In this document: in pieces, positions 9,887 through 19,740 of the stretch
Position numbering within the stretch: the stretch's first letter is position 1
How the letters are laid out: every line of letters begins with the position of its first letter
From: Armatimonadota bacterium
Lineage (GTDB): Bacteria > Armatimonadota > UBA5829 > DTLH01
Direction: 5' to 3'
Assembly: GCA_038207085.1 (NCBI GenBank)
Contig: JBBRAE010000001.1
Coordinates: 1-64,000, forward strand
Length of the DNA stretch: 64,000 nt
Notes under the pieces: generated by a model
Databases searched by the model: none
What the model saw: the letters and a program-made list of their open reading frames with translations, nothing else
Told to the model about the DNA's origin: nothing
Position numbers and translations under genes: made by a program

Positions 9887-10513
9887 TTAGCGATGATGCT
9901 CCTCATCCGTGTCTTCTGTCATCTTGCGCGCACCTGCAGCCCCTCCTGCGGCGGCGGCAAGAAGTGACAGGAACTGGAACAGCACAAAGTACCACGCGCC
10001 GCTCTGTGCGGCGCCCAGTGCCATGTTGGCTTGTCCAGGAGCCGGGGTAGGTGTTCCTACGTTACCCCCCAACACCGTTCCAAGGATCCCTCCTGCCCCG
10101 ACCGAGGCCATAATGACCAAGATCGAGAACGAAAGACCCCAAAGGACTATGCCGTTCCAGAGACCATTATCTGTGCCGGCGATACCGGCCAGCCGAGAGG
10201 CGAGCAATCCTCCGATAAACAAGCTGATAAGCCACGCAACACCAGCCCATATACCTATCGCTGAGCCAGCGTCCGCAGGGGCATTGTTCAGTCCTCGGGC
10301 GAATACCGCAAAGCCAATCGCTGTGAACCAGACCTGGAACGAAAACGCTACGACCAGTCCAGCCCATACCGAGGCCCAGCGAACCCTGTCTTTGAGCAGT
10401 AATCCGCGCTCTACCGGCTGGGCGTATTCTCCAGCATACGGATGTGTTGCTGCAGCTGCGCCACCTCTGACGCCGGTATCTTGTTCACGATTGACATGTA
10501 TCTCGTCTGCCAT
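9887..10513 (-). CDS. Hypothetical 4-TM Gly/Ala-rich membrane protein
   Basis: RVRWASVWAG motif, four hydrophobic helices, AAGGAGG RBS. Confidence 0.8.
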   Translation of the reverse strand: MADEIHVNREQDTGVRGGAAAATHPYAGEYAQPVERGLLLKDRVRWASVWAGLVVAFSFQVWFTAIGFAVFARGLNNAPADAGSAIGIWAGVAWLISLFIGGLLASRLAGIAGTDNGLWNGIVLWGLSFSILVIMASVGAGGILGTVLGGNVGTPTPAPGQANMALGAAQSGAWYFVLFQFLSLLAAAAGGAAGARKMTEDTDEEHHR

Positions 10514-10613
10514 TTAACGTGCCTCCTTAAGCGAGCTACCGCACTTAGCAATCTCGCCGGGGCGGTTCCGGCAATCAGTATCAGCCTGCTCGAAACCGCA
10601 CCCCAATGTTAGT

Positions 10614-10639
10614 CTTCCCGCCACATTTAGGCTCCAAAC
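10614..10639 (-). promoter_or_regulatory. SigB/SigF-like promoter GTTT-N16-GGGAAG
   Basis: Resembles the general-stress sigma consensus GTTT-N14-17-GGG(T/A)A, about 100 nt upstream of the membrane-protein gene. Confidence 0.35.
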
Positions 10640-10684
10640 ATATCAAAGCAGCAGCGCAAAATCACGCTGAAAACTAATATGTTA

Positions 10685-10894
10685 TTAGGCCCGCTGTCCA
10701 GTCTGGTCAGGAGTGGTGTGAGCGCCGGTGACAGCGCCTGCACATTCTGCAACAAGCGACACCAACGCCGCGACAAAGAACCACCAGGTGCCGGACTGAA
10801 CTGCGCCGATCGCAAGCGGAAGACTGCGAAGCACCCCAAACGGCGCTGTAGACAGTACTCCGTTGTCTGCATGGTTTCCATCCGAGGCACCCAC
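10685..10894 (-). pseudogene. Remnant or mini-paralog of the C-terminal helix of 9887..10513
   Basis: LAIGAVQSGTWWFFVAALVSLVAECAGAVTGA vs MALGAAQSGAWYFVLFQFLSLLAAAAGGAAGA, 15/32 identical without gaps. Confidence 0.6.
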
Positions 10895-10956
10895 TGAGGA
10901 ATGTCAGGGGTTGGAACGGGGTTTGGACGAGTTTTTGGCGGTAGGCTGAATGGAGC

Positions 10957-10999
10957 AAAACGAGGCCCGGTGATCGCGCGAACGACTACCGGGCCTCGT
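10957..10999 (-). terminator. Intrinsic terminator after gatCAB-rodZ
   Basis: ACGAGGCCCGGT/ACCGGGCCTCGT 12-bp stem plus short U-tract. Confidence 0.7.
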
Positions 11000-11018
11000 G
11001 ATTTGGATATTGGCTTAC

Positions 11019-11831
11019 TTACGGAGTGCCGGCTGCGGGCTTTGCAAAGACTTTCTTCACAACCGCGCCGGTCTTGCCGATTGTTCCGATGTCCTTGCCG
11101 TTGGCCGTGACATCTACCATACCCGCGTTTCCAAGCACAATCGAGATCGTATTGTTGCCTGTGAAGCTGGCTGTTTGTCCGGCTTCGAGGGTTCTTGATG
11201 CCTCAATCCTGCCGTCGACCTTTACGGTGATCCACGAAGCGCCTCTTGAGGCTCTCATAGTGATCAGCACCTTGTCCTTGGGGACGTTCGGCGCCGTGGC
11301 TGCGGGCTTGGTCGTATCAGCCGGTTTGGCTGGAGCCGTCGTGACAGGCGGAACTGGAGTCGCAGTGGAAACTGGCGCCGGCGCGGGACTAGTCTCCGGC
11401 TTTACAGCCGCAGGGGTAGGGGCCGGTTTGGTGGGTTTCTCTTCGACGGTTGCCGTGGGCCTGGCGATCTGCTTTGGCATCGGCATATACTTGGAATAGA
11501 GAAAACCGCCGCCCGCGAGGATTCCCGCGACTACGATTGTCCCGATTGTCACACCTACTGCCTTGGAGCCCCGTTTGCGCACGGGCTCGGGCACCGGTGA
11601 TCCCCAGTCGGCCTCGTAGCGCTGCAACAGATCCGCACTGTCGAGCCCGAGGTAGTTGGAGTAATCTCGCAGGAAGGCGCGCGCGTAGACCCGGTTCGGG
11701 AACGCATCGAAACGGTTTTCCTCTATCGCTGCGAGGTTCTGCATCGTGATTTTGGTTGCATCATGGGCTTCGGCAAGGGTTAACCCTCGTTCAGCACGTC
11801 TGGCCTTGATTATTTGACCAATAGTTTCCAC
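11019..11831 (-). CDS. rodZ: RodZ-like protein (HTH, TM, Pro-rich linker, DUF4115)
   Basis: IGQIIKARR...YARAFLRDYSNYLGLD HTH, a single TM, C-terminal LGNAG. Confidence 0.88.
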   Translation of the reverse strand: METIGQIIKARRAERGLTLAEAHDATKITMQNLAAIEENRFDAFPNRVYARAFLRDYSNYLGLDSADLLQRYEADWGSPVPEPVRKRGSKAVGVTIGTIVVAGILAGGGFLYSKYMPMPKQIARPTATVEEKPTKPAPTPAAVKPETSPAPAPVSTATPVPPVTTAPAKPADTTKPAATAPNVPKDKVLITMRASRGASWITVKVDGRIEASRTLEAGQTASFTGNNTISIVLGNAGMVDVTANGKDIGTIGKTGAVVKKVFAKPAAGTP

Positions 11832-11889
11832 TTCGGCTCCTGCCTATAGAACCCGCTCGGTGGCGAGTGATAGATGAAGTAATCGACGA

Positions 11890-12135
11890 TTACGGACCGC
11901 GCCTGTCGGGGCGGTTTCCGCTGGTGAATATAAGCATAACTCCGACGAGCAGCAACAAGAGCGCTGCCGACTGGTTTTTGTATAGCAGCGCGTTGCCGGC
12001 TCCTGCCGCCATAGCTCCGACCCCGGCGCGTAAGAACCGCTGCCGGTCCGCGATTGGGACCCTGGTCGCCCGTGCGATCAAAAAGAACCCGAGGGCAAAT
12101 AAGAATACCCCAATGACGGCGGTGATGATCTGCAT
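11890..12135 (-). CDS. Small hypothetical membrane protein
   Basis: Three hydrophobic segments; AAGGAG RBS lies inside the gatB end. Confidence 0.6.
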   Translation of the reverse strand: MQIITAVIGVFLFALGFFLIARATRVPIADRQRFLRAGVGAMAAGAGNALLYKNQSAALLLLLVGVMLIFTSGNRPDRRGP

Positions 12136-12136
12136 A

Positions 12137-13600
12137 TCAGCTCCTTGCTGCCTCAAGCATCTCTCGAAGCACTTTGTTGACGACTCCAGGGTTAGCTTTA
12201 CCCCTGGTTTCCCGCATTACTTGTCCTACAAAGAAGCCGATCAGCTCCAGTTTTCCAGCGTGGTAACGTTCAAGTTCGTCAGGGTTTGCTGCCAGAACTT
12301 TAACAATAGCCTGCTCGATAGCGCTCTCATCACTGATTTGGACGAGGCCTTTTTCCTTTATGATCCATGCCGGAGGCTTTCCTGATTCAAACATTTCGTC
12401 AAAGACAGTTTTTGCAATCTTGCCGCTGATGGTGCCGTCATCGATTAGCTTCAGCATTTCGACAAGCGCAGCCGGGGTAATCTTGGAATCGTGAGCTTCG
12501 ATTCCCTTGGCATTGAGCAGTCTCATGAAGTCACCCATCACCCAGTTGGCGACGGTTTTCGGGTCTTTGTAGCTCTTAGCGGCTGTGTCGTAGAAATCTG
12601 CCATGTGACGGGAGTCAGTGAGAACTTCGGCGTCGACTTCCGAGATGCCATACTGCTCGACAAAGCGCTGTATCTTCTCCTGAGGAAGCTCAGGAAGGGC
12701 GCTGCGAACTTCTTCGACCACGGCAGGATCGAATGTCATCGGCACAAGGTCGGGCTCAGGGAAGTAGCGATACTCCTGTTCCATTTCTTTTGTTCGCATA
12801 ACAGCGGTCTTGTTGTTTGCATCGTCCCAGCGTCTGGTCTCGTGGATGATCTTTTCGTCCTTTTCGTTGGCTTTGATCTGGCGCTTGATCTCGTACTCCA
12901 CGCCGCCAAAGACGGCCTTGAAACTCGCGAGGTTCTTGATCTCGGTGCGAGTTCCGAAAGTCTTGCTTCCCACGGGGCGAACCGAAATGTTCGGCTCGCA
13001 GCGGAGGCTGCCTTCTTCGAGTTTGCCGTCCGCGACACCCAGATAGAGCAGAATGGCGCGCAGCCTGACCAAGTATTCGCGTGCTTCTTCAGCAGAGTTG
13101 ATCTGGTCGCGCCCGGGGTCTGGGTCGTGATCGGTCACGATCTCCATCAGAGGCACCCCGCTTCGGTTGTAGTCCACGCGACTCCTGTCGCCCTCGACGT
13201 GGAGCAGTTTGCCAGTATCTTCTTCAAGATGCACCCTGCGAATGGCAATTCTCTTGGTCTTGCCTCCGACAGTGATCTCTACGTATCCGTGCTGACCGAT
13301 CGGAGTGTCACCGTACTGGGAAACCTGGTATCCCTTGGGTAGGTCGGGATAAAAGTAGTTCTTACGATGGAAGATGCTGTACTCGGATATGGTGCAGTTC
13401 AGCGCAAGCGCGGTTCGCACCACAAAATCAACAGCGCGTGCGTTGACGACAGGGAGCGACCCCGGAAGGCCGAGGCAGACCGGGCAGCACCTCGTGTTCG
13501 GCTCGCCACCGAAGGCGACCTTGCACCCACAGAACATCTTGCTCTCGGTCAAGAGTTCTGAGTGCACTTCCATTCCAATAATTGGCTCGTATTCAGTCAT
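12137..13600 (-). CDS. gatB: Asp/Glu-tRNA amidotransferase subunit B
   Basis: [37 protein letters not shown]. Confidence 0.98.
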   Translation of the reverse strand: MTEYEPIIGMEVHSELLTESKMFCGCKVAFGGEPNTRCCPVCLGLPGSLPVVNARAVDFVVRTALALNCTISEYSIFHRKNYFYPDLPKGYQVSQYGDTPIGQHGYVEITVGGKTKRIAIRRVHLEEDTGKLLHVEGDRSRVDYNRSGVPLMEIVTDHDPDPGRDQINSAEEAREYLVRLRAILLYLGVADGKLEEGSLRCEPNISVRPVGSKTFGTRTEIKNLASFKAVFGGVEYEIKRQIKANEKDEKIIHETRRWDDANNKTAVMRTKEMEQEYRYFPEPDLVPMTFDPAVVEEVRSALPELPQEKIQRFVEQYGISEVDAEVLTDSRHMADFYDTAAKSYKDPKTVANWVMGDFMRLLNAKGIEAHDSKITPAALVEMLKLIDDGTISGKIAKTVFDEMFESGKPPAWIIKEKGLVQISDESAIEQAIVKVLAANPDELERYHAGKLELIGFFVGQVMRETRGKANPGVVNKVLREMLEAARS

Positions 13601-13605
13601 ATCTC

Positions 13606-15069
13606 TTATATCCCAGGCTTCTGTTTATGGAAATCGGTCGCCTGCTCGTATGCGTAGGCTACCCGAAGCAACGTCTCCTCATCAAACGACTTGCCAAATA
13701 TCTGAAGACCGACGGGCAGACCGTTCGCGAACCCGCAGGGGATGGAAATCGCCGGAATCCCGGCCATGTTCGCGGGGATGGTGCATACGTCGGCGAGTTT
13801 CATCTGGAACGGGTCGTCGGTTCTCTCTCCGACGCCGAATGCGACTACGGGCGATGTCGGGCTGATGAGAACATCGAACTCCTCAAACATCCGCTCAAAG
13901 TGCTGGCGTATCAGCGTTCGCACCTTCTGGGCTTTGAGATAATACGCATCGTAGTACCCGGCTGAGAGGGCGTAGGTGCCGATCATAATTCTTTGCTTGA
14001 CCTCGTCTCCGAAGCCTTCCTCGCGGGTGTTCTCAAACATCGAGATCGTGTCCGGTGAGTCGGCGCTTCTGTGCCCGAAGCGCACTCCATCGTAGCGAGC
14101 AAGGTTCGAACTCGCCTCAGCAGGCGCGATGATGTAGTAGGTCGGCAGACCGTATTCCACCATCGGGAATGAAGTCTCTTTGTGCTCCGCACCAAGCCCA
14201 GCAAGCACTTCGACCGCTTTCATGACAGCTTCAGTCACAGCGGGGTCGACACCTTGTGCGAAGAACTCGCGTGGGACGCCTATCTTCATGCCCTTAACGT
14301 CCGGGATGAGCGCCCTGGTGAAATCAGGAACCGGCACGTCAAGCGAGGTCGAATCAGCCGCGTCTCGCCCTGAGATTACGTTCATGACAAGCGCGCAGTC
14401 GGTGACGTCTTTGGTGATCGGGCCAATCTGATCGAGAGACGACGCAAAAGCGATCAGCCCGTAGCGGGATACTCGCCCGTAGGTCGGTTTCATCCCGACG
14501 ACGCCGCAGAACGACGCGGGTTGTCTGATCGAGCCGCCCGTATCGCTTCCAAGGGCCACGATAGCCTCGTCAGCCGCGATTGCCGCAGCGGAGCCACCAC
14601 TGGACCCACCCGGCACGCAAGCCAGGTTCCAGGGGTTCTTAGTCGCAAAGAACGCGGAGTTCTCAGTCGACGAACCCATCGCAAACTCGTCGAGGTTGGT
14701 CTTGCCGACGATGACTCCGCCTGTCTCATTGATCTTGTCAACGACAGTTGCGTTGTAAACAGGCTTGTAGTTCTGCAAAATCTTGGAAGAGCACGTGGTT
14801 AGAACGCCGGTTGTGCTCATATTGTCTTTGACGGCCCAGGGGATGCCAGCAAGCGCCCCGACCTCTTCACCCGCAGCTATCTTCTTATCGGTTGCGTCGG
14901 CTGCTGCAAAGGCGATCTCGTCTGTTACCGTGACATAGGACTTAACCTTGTCGTCGATGGCGCGAATGCGCTCGATGACGGACTCCGTAACTTCTCGACA
15001 TGTCACCTGTTTGGCGCTTATGAGGTCGTGGAGTTCATGCGCGGTCAGTTTGTAAAGCTCACTTGCCAT
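13606..15069 (-). CDS. gatA: Asp/Glu-tRNA amidotransferase subunit A
   Basis: Amidase signature [22 protein letters not shown]. Confidence 0.98.
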   Translation of the reverse strand: MASELYKLTAHELHDLISAKQVTCREVTESVIERIRAIDDKVKSYVTVTDEIAFAAADATDKKIAAGEEVGALAGIPWAVKDNMSTTGVLTTCSSKILQNYKPVYNATVVDKINETGGVIVGKTNLDEFAMGSSTENSAFFATKNPWNLACVPGGSSGGSAAAIAADEAIVALGSDTGGSIRQPASFCGVVGMKPTYGRVSRYGLIAFASSLDQIGPITKDVTDCALVMNVISGRDAADSTSLDVPVPDFTRALIPDVKGMKIGVPREFFAQGVDPAVTEAVMKAVEVLAGLGAEHKETSFPMVEYGLPTYYIIAPAEASSNLARYDGVRFGHRSADSPDTISMFENTREEGFGDEVKQRIMIGTYALSAGYYDAYYLKAQKVRTLIRQHFERMFEEFDVLISPTSPVVAFGVGERTDDPFQMKLADVCTIPANMAGIPAISIPCGFANGLPVGLQIFGKSFDEETLLRVAYAYEQATDFHKQKPGI

Positions 15070-15072
15070 GCT

Positions 15073-15363
15073 CTAAGTCTCCACAATTCTAGGCACGTCG
15101 AAGGTGCCGTCTGCCTTGGAAGGCGCGTTCGCTACTACTTCGTCCTGAGTAAGCGACGGCCTTGAGATATCCGCCCGAAAGACGTTCAGAACGGGAATTG
15201 TATGCGATGTCGGCTCCACGTTCTCCGTGTCGAGTTCGCTGAGTTTCTCGAAGTTCCCCAACAGCTTGTTCAGCTGCTCCCCGAGCTTTTCGTTTTCAGT
15301 CTCAGAGAGACGCAGACGGGCGAGAAACGCTATCTGGGCGACTTGATCCCTGCTAAGTTTCAA
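15073..15363 (-). CDS. gatC: Asp/Glu-tRNA amidotransferase subunit C
   Basis: IAFLARL...LDTENVEPT...VPRI; position before gatA. Confidence 0.95.
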   Translation of the reverse strand: MKLSRDQVAQIAFLARLRLSETENEKLGEQLNKLLGNFEKLSELDTENVEPTSHTIPVLNVFRADISRPSLTQDEVVANAPSKADGTFDVPRIVET

Positions 15364-15440
15364 ACCGGTTCTCCAATCAAGGTAAATCGTATCTAAATCG
15401 TCAAATTATAGCATTCAGCAGGCTCAAACTGCAACCGATA

Positions 15441-15470
15441 TTGACACCGGGCAGGCAGTAATGGTAAAAA
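15441..15470 (+). promoter_or_regulatory. Sigma70-type promoter TTGACA-N18-TAAAAA for the T-box/ilvB transcript
   Basis: Perfect -35, TGn-extended weak -10. Confidence 0.55.
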
Positions 15471-15499
15471 GAATGTAGACAATCAAATAGCCCCAAGAA

Positions 15500-15793
15500 A
15501 GGCTGTGAAGAGGAAGAGTAGACCTGCTGGAGCGGTTACAGAGAGCCGGGATTGCTGAGAACCGGTGCCCAAGAGCTGATCGAACGTCGCCTCCGAGCCG
15601 GATCTATGAACGCAACGCGCAAGTAGTGGGTCCCGGGCGGTTCCCGTTACAGAGCCGGAGTATGCCGAACCAAGCGTGGTTCAAGTACTCTTTGAGGCCG
15701 GTGTCGTGAGGCATCGGCGAACCAGGGTGGTATCACGAAGGACTTTTCAAGCCTCTCGTCCCTGAATGTGGGATGGGGGGCTTTATGTGTTTT
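15500..15793 (+). promoter_or_regulatory. T-box riboswitch, specifier GUC (Val), with terminator
   Basis: GA motif, AGTA, AGAGA, GCTGAGA loop, GAA-C-GTC-G (GTC at 15586-15588), AGGGTGGTATCACG at 15724-15737, terminator 15749-15793. Confidence 0.9.
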
Positions 15794-15845
15794 ACACGTA
15801 GTGGCCGGTCGCCGCGCCGGCCTGATAATGGAAAGGTGCTGTCCT

Positions 15846-17546
15846 ATGGCTATCAAGAAGACGGATACTAAAAAAATGATCGGCGCCCGGGTGCTAATCG
15901 AGGCGCTTGCCGCTGAAGGTGTCGAAGTGATCTTTGGCTACCCCGGCGCTGCGACCATTCCCATCCACGATGTGCTGATGGAGGGCAAGATCAAGCACGT
16001 TCTGACCCGCCACGAGCAGGGCGCGGCGCACGCGGCCGACGGTTACGCTCGTGCGACCGGCAAAGTCGGCGTCTGCCTCGCAACCTCTGGCCCAGGCGCG
16101 CTTAATCTCGTCACCGGGATCGGGACGGCCTATATGGACAGCGTTCCGATGGTGGCGATCACTGGCCAGGTCATGACATCAAAACTCGGCACCGACGCCT
16201 TCCAGGAAGCCGACATAACCGGCGTCTGCGAGCCGATCGTCAAACACAGCTATCTCTTGAAAGACGCAAGTGAGATCGCGTCGACCGTGCATGAGGCGTT
16301 CCATATCGCATCAACAGGCAGACCGGGCCCTGTGTTGATCGATCTGCCGATCGATCTCTCGTTCGCCGAGCTCGACTACGAGCCCGTAAGCGATGTCGAC
16401 ATCAGGTCATATAAGCCAACTGTGCTCGGTCACCCGATGCAGATCAAGAAGGCTGTAGCGCTGATCGACAGCGCCGAAAAGCCGCTCATAATCGCGGGCG
16501 GCGGAGTTATCGCGGCAGAGGCAAGTGAAGAGCTCGCGCGAATCGTAGATAAGGCCGATATTCCTGTAGCTTACACACTGATGGGCAAAGGCGCGTTCCC
16601 GGACGGGCATCCGCTCTGCCTGGGTATGCTTGGAATGCACGGCTGCGCGCAGGCCAACTATGCAGCCCAGGCATCAGACCTGATCATCGCGGTCGGAATG
16701 CGCTTCAGCGACCGAGCGACGGGCAAAACAACTGCATTTGCGCCTAACGCCCAGACGATACATATAGATGTCGACCCCGCCGAGATCGGCAAGATGCGAA
16801 AGCCTACAGTCCCGATTGTCGGCGACGCCAAAAACGTGCTTTTTGCCTTCGCTGAAAAGATATCTGAGATTAGAAGAGGCGATTGGGTAAAGCAGCTTGA
16901 CGAGTGGCGTAAGTCACACTCGGCGGCAATGAGAAGCGGCGACGGTCGGATTCTCCCGACAGCCATCTTTGACGCTATAAACGATATCACCGGCGGTGAG
17001 GCGATTATCGCAACGGATGTCGGTCAGCACCAGATGTGGTCGGCGCAGTATATCAAGACTACGAGGCCGAGGTCGTTTCTGTCCTCAGGTGGTCTCGGGA
17101 CGATGGGCTATGGGTTGCCCGCCGCGATTGGCGCGAAGTTCGGTTGCCCTGACCGGGATGTCTTCGTTATCGCGGGTGACGGCAGCATCTTGATGAACAA
17201 CCAGGAGTTTATGACCGCCGTCGAGCAAAGAATCCCCGTGAAGGTGCTTATTTTTAATAACGGCTACCTGGGAATGGTGCGGCAATGGCAGCAGCTCTTC
17301 TATGATCGCCGCTACGCTTCGACCGACATTTCCTGCCAGCCCGACTTTGTGAAGCTCGCGGAGGCCTACGGCGCGGCTGGTTTTAGGGTGACGAGCGAGG
17401 CTGACATCAGGTCAACGATCAAAGCGGCGCTTCAAATCGATGATCGGCCAACGGTTATCGACTTGCACATCAGTCGGGAAGCGAACGTATTTCCGATGAT
17501 CCCTGCAGGTGGCGGCGTGGATGATATGCTCCTTGAGTTTGATTAA
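15846..17546 (+). CDS. ilvB: Acetolactate synthase large subunit (stand-alone copy)
   Basis: IFGYPG, RHEQGA, TSGPGA, GDGS...NNGYLGMVRQWQ. Confidence 0.95.
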   Translation: MAIKKTDTKKMIGARVLIEALAAEGVEVIFGYPGAATIPIHDVLMEGKIKHVLTRHEQGAAHAADGYARATGKVGVCLATSGPGALNLVTGIGTAYMDSVPMVAITGQVMTSKLGTDAFQEADITGVCEPIVKHSYLLKDASEIASTVHEAFHIASTGRPGPVLIDLPIDLSFAELDYEPVSDVDIRSYKPTVLGHPMQIKKAVALIDSAEKPLIIAGGGVIAAEASEELARIVDKADIPVAYTLMGKGAFPDGHPLCLGMLGMHGCAQANYAAQASDLIIAVGMRFSDRATGKTTAFAPNAQTIHIDVDPAEIGKMRKPTVPIVGDAKNVLFAFAEKISEIRRGDWVKQLDEWRKSHSAAMRSGDGRILPTAIFDAINDITGGEAIIATDVGQHQMWSAQYIKTTRPRSFLSSGGLGTMGYGLPAAIGAKFGCPDRDVFVIAGDGSILMNNQEFMTAVEQRIPVKVLIFNNGYLGMVRQWQQLFYDRRYASTDISCQPDFVKLAEAYGAAGFRVTSEADIRSTIKAALQIDDRPTVIDLHISREANVFPMIPAGGGVDDMLLEFD

Positions 17547-17743
17547 CTATCGTGCCTGTCTTTACGATGTTGGTCAGCGGGGTATACAATAGAGAAGGCG
17601 TTAGCTGACAGGCAGGTGTCCGCAATTTTTGCGTCGGTGTCTCGGAGGAATGAGTGACAGCCCGAACAGAGTTATCCACCGGTGGCGCTACGCGCCAGCC
17701 TCTAAGAGACGGCGCGGGTAGCGCCGTCGATACTGTTTCAACT

Positions 17744-18637
17744 ATGACAATACCAGCGTTTCCGGAGTTTCGTCCGGTAGAGCTTGCAGATAGGCATTAC
17801 ATCGAGCGACTGCTCGAACTTGAGCAGCCTACCGCCTCGGAGATGTGCTTCGCGAACATCTTTCTGTGGCGGGAAACCTACAGCTTTCGTGTAGCTTCTC
17901 TTGACGGTGGGATAGTTGTGCGAGCAAGTCACAGATCGGGTGACACGTTCTACTTACTGCCCTTTGGAGTCAATGACCTCGCGGCAAGCGTTCGAACGAT
18001 GCTCTCCGAGGATTCTAATTACGGCAAGCTCTATCGGGTGCCCGAGTCGGCCGCCAAAGCTCTTGAAAGTGCTGGTTTTCGCGTGCAACTTGACCGGGAC
18101 AACTCCGACTATGTGTATCTCTCAAGTGATCTTATCGAGTTGGCGGGCCGAAAGCTTCACCGCAAGCGCAACCATATCGCACAGTTCAGATCGAAATACG
18201 ACTATGAGTATCATCGGGTGACGACCAAAGATCTCGTGATCGGATGCGCCGACCTGCAGACCAAGTGGTGCGACATTCGTGACTGCTTCCAGCCCGAGAA
18301 CTTCACCCTCGCTGAGGAGCACCGGGCGATAATGGAGGCGCTTTCCAACCTCGATGAGCTCGGACTTGTTGCAGGCGCGGTGATGATCGACGGGCATGTG
18401 GCAGCGTTCAGCATCGGTGGGCCGTTAAACGATGAGACGCTTGTTATTCACTTCGAAAAGGCCAACCCGGCCTATCCCGGGCTCTACCAGGTCATCAACA
18501 AGGAATACTGCACGGACGTCGCGGTCGACTACCGCTACGTCAACCGCGAGCAGGACTTGGGCGAGCCGGGGCTTAGAAAAGCAAAAGAATCGTACTACCC
18601 GCACCATATGGTGGATAAATATATAGTGGAGCTTTAG
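17744..18637 (+). CDS. DUF2156 / aminoacyl-phosphatidylglycerol-synthase C-terminal-like GNAT-fold protein
   Basis: DYVY...LAGRKLHRKRNH, HFEKAN, VNREQDLGEPGLRKAKESY; start uncertain (17654 or 17744). Confidence 0.85.
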   Translation: MTIPAFPEFRPVELADRHYIERLLELEQPTASEMCFANIFLWRETYSFRVASLDGGIVVRASHRSGDTFYLLPFGVNDLAASVRTMLSEDSNYGKLYRVPESAAKALESAGFRVQLDRDNSDYVYLSSDLIELAGRKLHRKRNHIAQFRSKYDYEYHRVTTKDLVIGCADLQTKWCDIRDCFQPENFTLAEEHRAIMEALSNLDELGLVAGAVMIDGHVAAFSIGGPLNDETLVIHFEKANPAYPGLYQVINKEYCTDVAVDYRYVNREQDLGEPGLRKAKESYYPHHMVDKYIVEL

Positions 18638-18698
18638 GTTTTGTGCCTGAGTTCAGTGTAATATCACATTAGCGATAGTGTTCATTCAGGAGGTTTTG

Positions 18699-18914
18699 AT
18701 GGAAGAAGAGAGAGACGACTCCTACGTTGATGGGGAGCTCAGTGAAGAGGAAGAGCCGCGTACGCAGAGGTTCTCCGTAGTTGTTTTGTGGTCGCACGAA
18801 AGCGACGAACGTATTGACCCCGGCGAGGTGCAGTCGGTTCTGTCCGAGGCTATCATTGAGCTCGATGGCGATGCTATAGTCGAGGTTATCGAGATTAACG
18901 AACCTACGTACTAG
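18699..18914 (+). CDS. Small acidic hypothetical protein
   Basis: AGGAGG RBS before ATG 18699. Confidence 0.65.
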   Translation: MEEERDDSYVDGELSEEEEPRTQRFSVVVLWSHESDERIDPGEVQSVLSEAIIELDGDAIVEVIEINEPTY

Positions 18915-19141
18915 CCGATCTCACTGCCCGGCAGGTCTACGGCGTCATATTCCACTTCATCGGCGACGAAGAGTTCGTAGCAGGTGACATCATGGAAATA
19001 GGCGTATCCGATTTCCGGCAAATCCGCTGATTCGTCAGATGGTTTGGAGCCCATTGCGCTTGCAAGTTGCCCGCGCCTTTTCATTCGGACCTTGTATGGC
19101 TCAGTGGTTATTTCACGAGCGTCGTATTCGCAGTAGAGCAT
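18911..19141 (-). CDS. Small hypothetical protein
   Basis: GGAGA RBS before MLYCEYD; its stop overlaps the convergent ORF. Confidence 0.5.
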   Translation of the reverse strand: MLYCEYDAREITTEPYKVRMKRRGQLASAMGSKPSDESADLPEIGYAYFHDVTCYELFVADEVEYDAVDLPGSEIG

Positions 19142-19216
19142 CTGATGTTCTCCAGGGGAATGTCCCAAATTAAGCATGCCCCTGGAGAACGATGCCTCAA
19201 ACCGCTTTGGCCTGCA

Positions 19217-19702
19217 CTACATATTGTCATCTATAAGAGGCGACGCGTTTACCATTGCCGTGACTTTCCACTGTGGGACCTTGTAGATCAAGAGCCTTCT
19301 TGCCGGTTCTTTCTTCATTTGGAGTGTGACAACTCGCGGCGGAATCAGCCCGAAGTCCTGCCCCTTGACCCCGATTGCTACCTCCGCTTTCACTTCGGCC
19401 TCGTTTTGGTTGATTTTTACAGCGGGATTCTTCACACTTACGCTGTAGGTCGCGCCTGATCGGAACAGCTGCACACCGAACAGTCTGATCCCGTCAAAGT
19501 TGTTGCCTGCCTCGTCCTTGTAGTTTGGGGAGATGGCGGACATGGCCTTGGAGAGGTCTTTTTCTTCGATACCGGTGCGACCGCGTTCGATCGCCGCAAG
19601 AATCTGCGTTTCATCCGTCCCCTGATCACAGTTGGCGACAAAGTAGCCGATGACGATTACCACCACCAGAACTGCGCCAAGAATATATAATAGCTTCTTC
19701 AT
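19217..19702 (-). CDS. Membrane-anchored NTF2/SnoaL-like protein
   Basis: MKKLL plus TM, ISPNYKD pattern; TTGGCA-N17-TACAAT immediately upstream. Confidence 0.7.
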   Translation of the reverse strand: MKKLLYILGAVLVVVIVIGYFVANCDQGTDETQILAAIERGRTGIEEKDLSKAMSAISPNYKDEAGNNFDGIRLFGVQLFRSGATYSVSVKNPAVKINQNEAEVKAEVAIGVKGQDFGLIPPRVVTLQMKKEPARRLLIYKVPQWKVTAMVNASPLIDDNM

Positions 19703-19740
19703 AGTGACACTATTGTAGCAGCCAGACACACATTTGCCAA

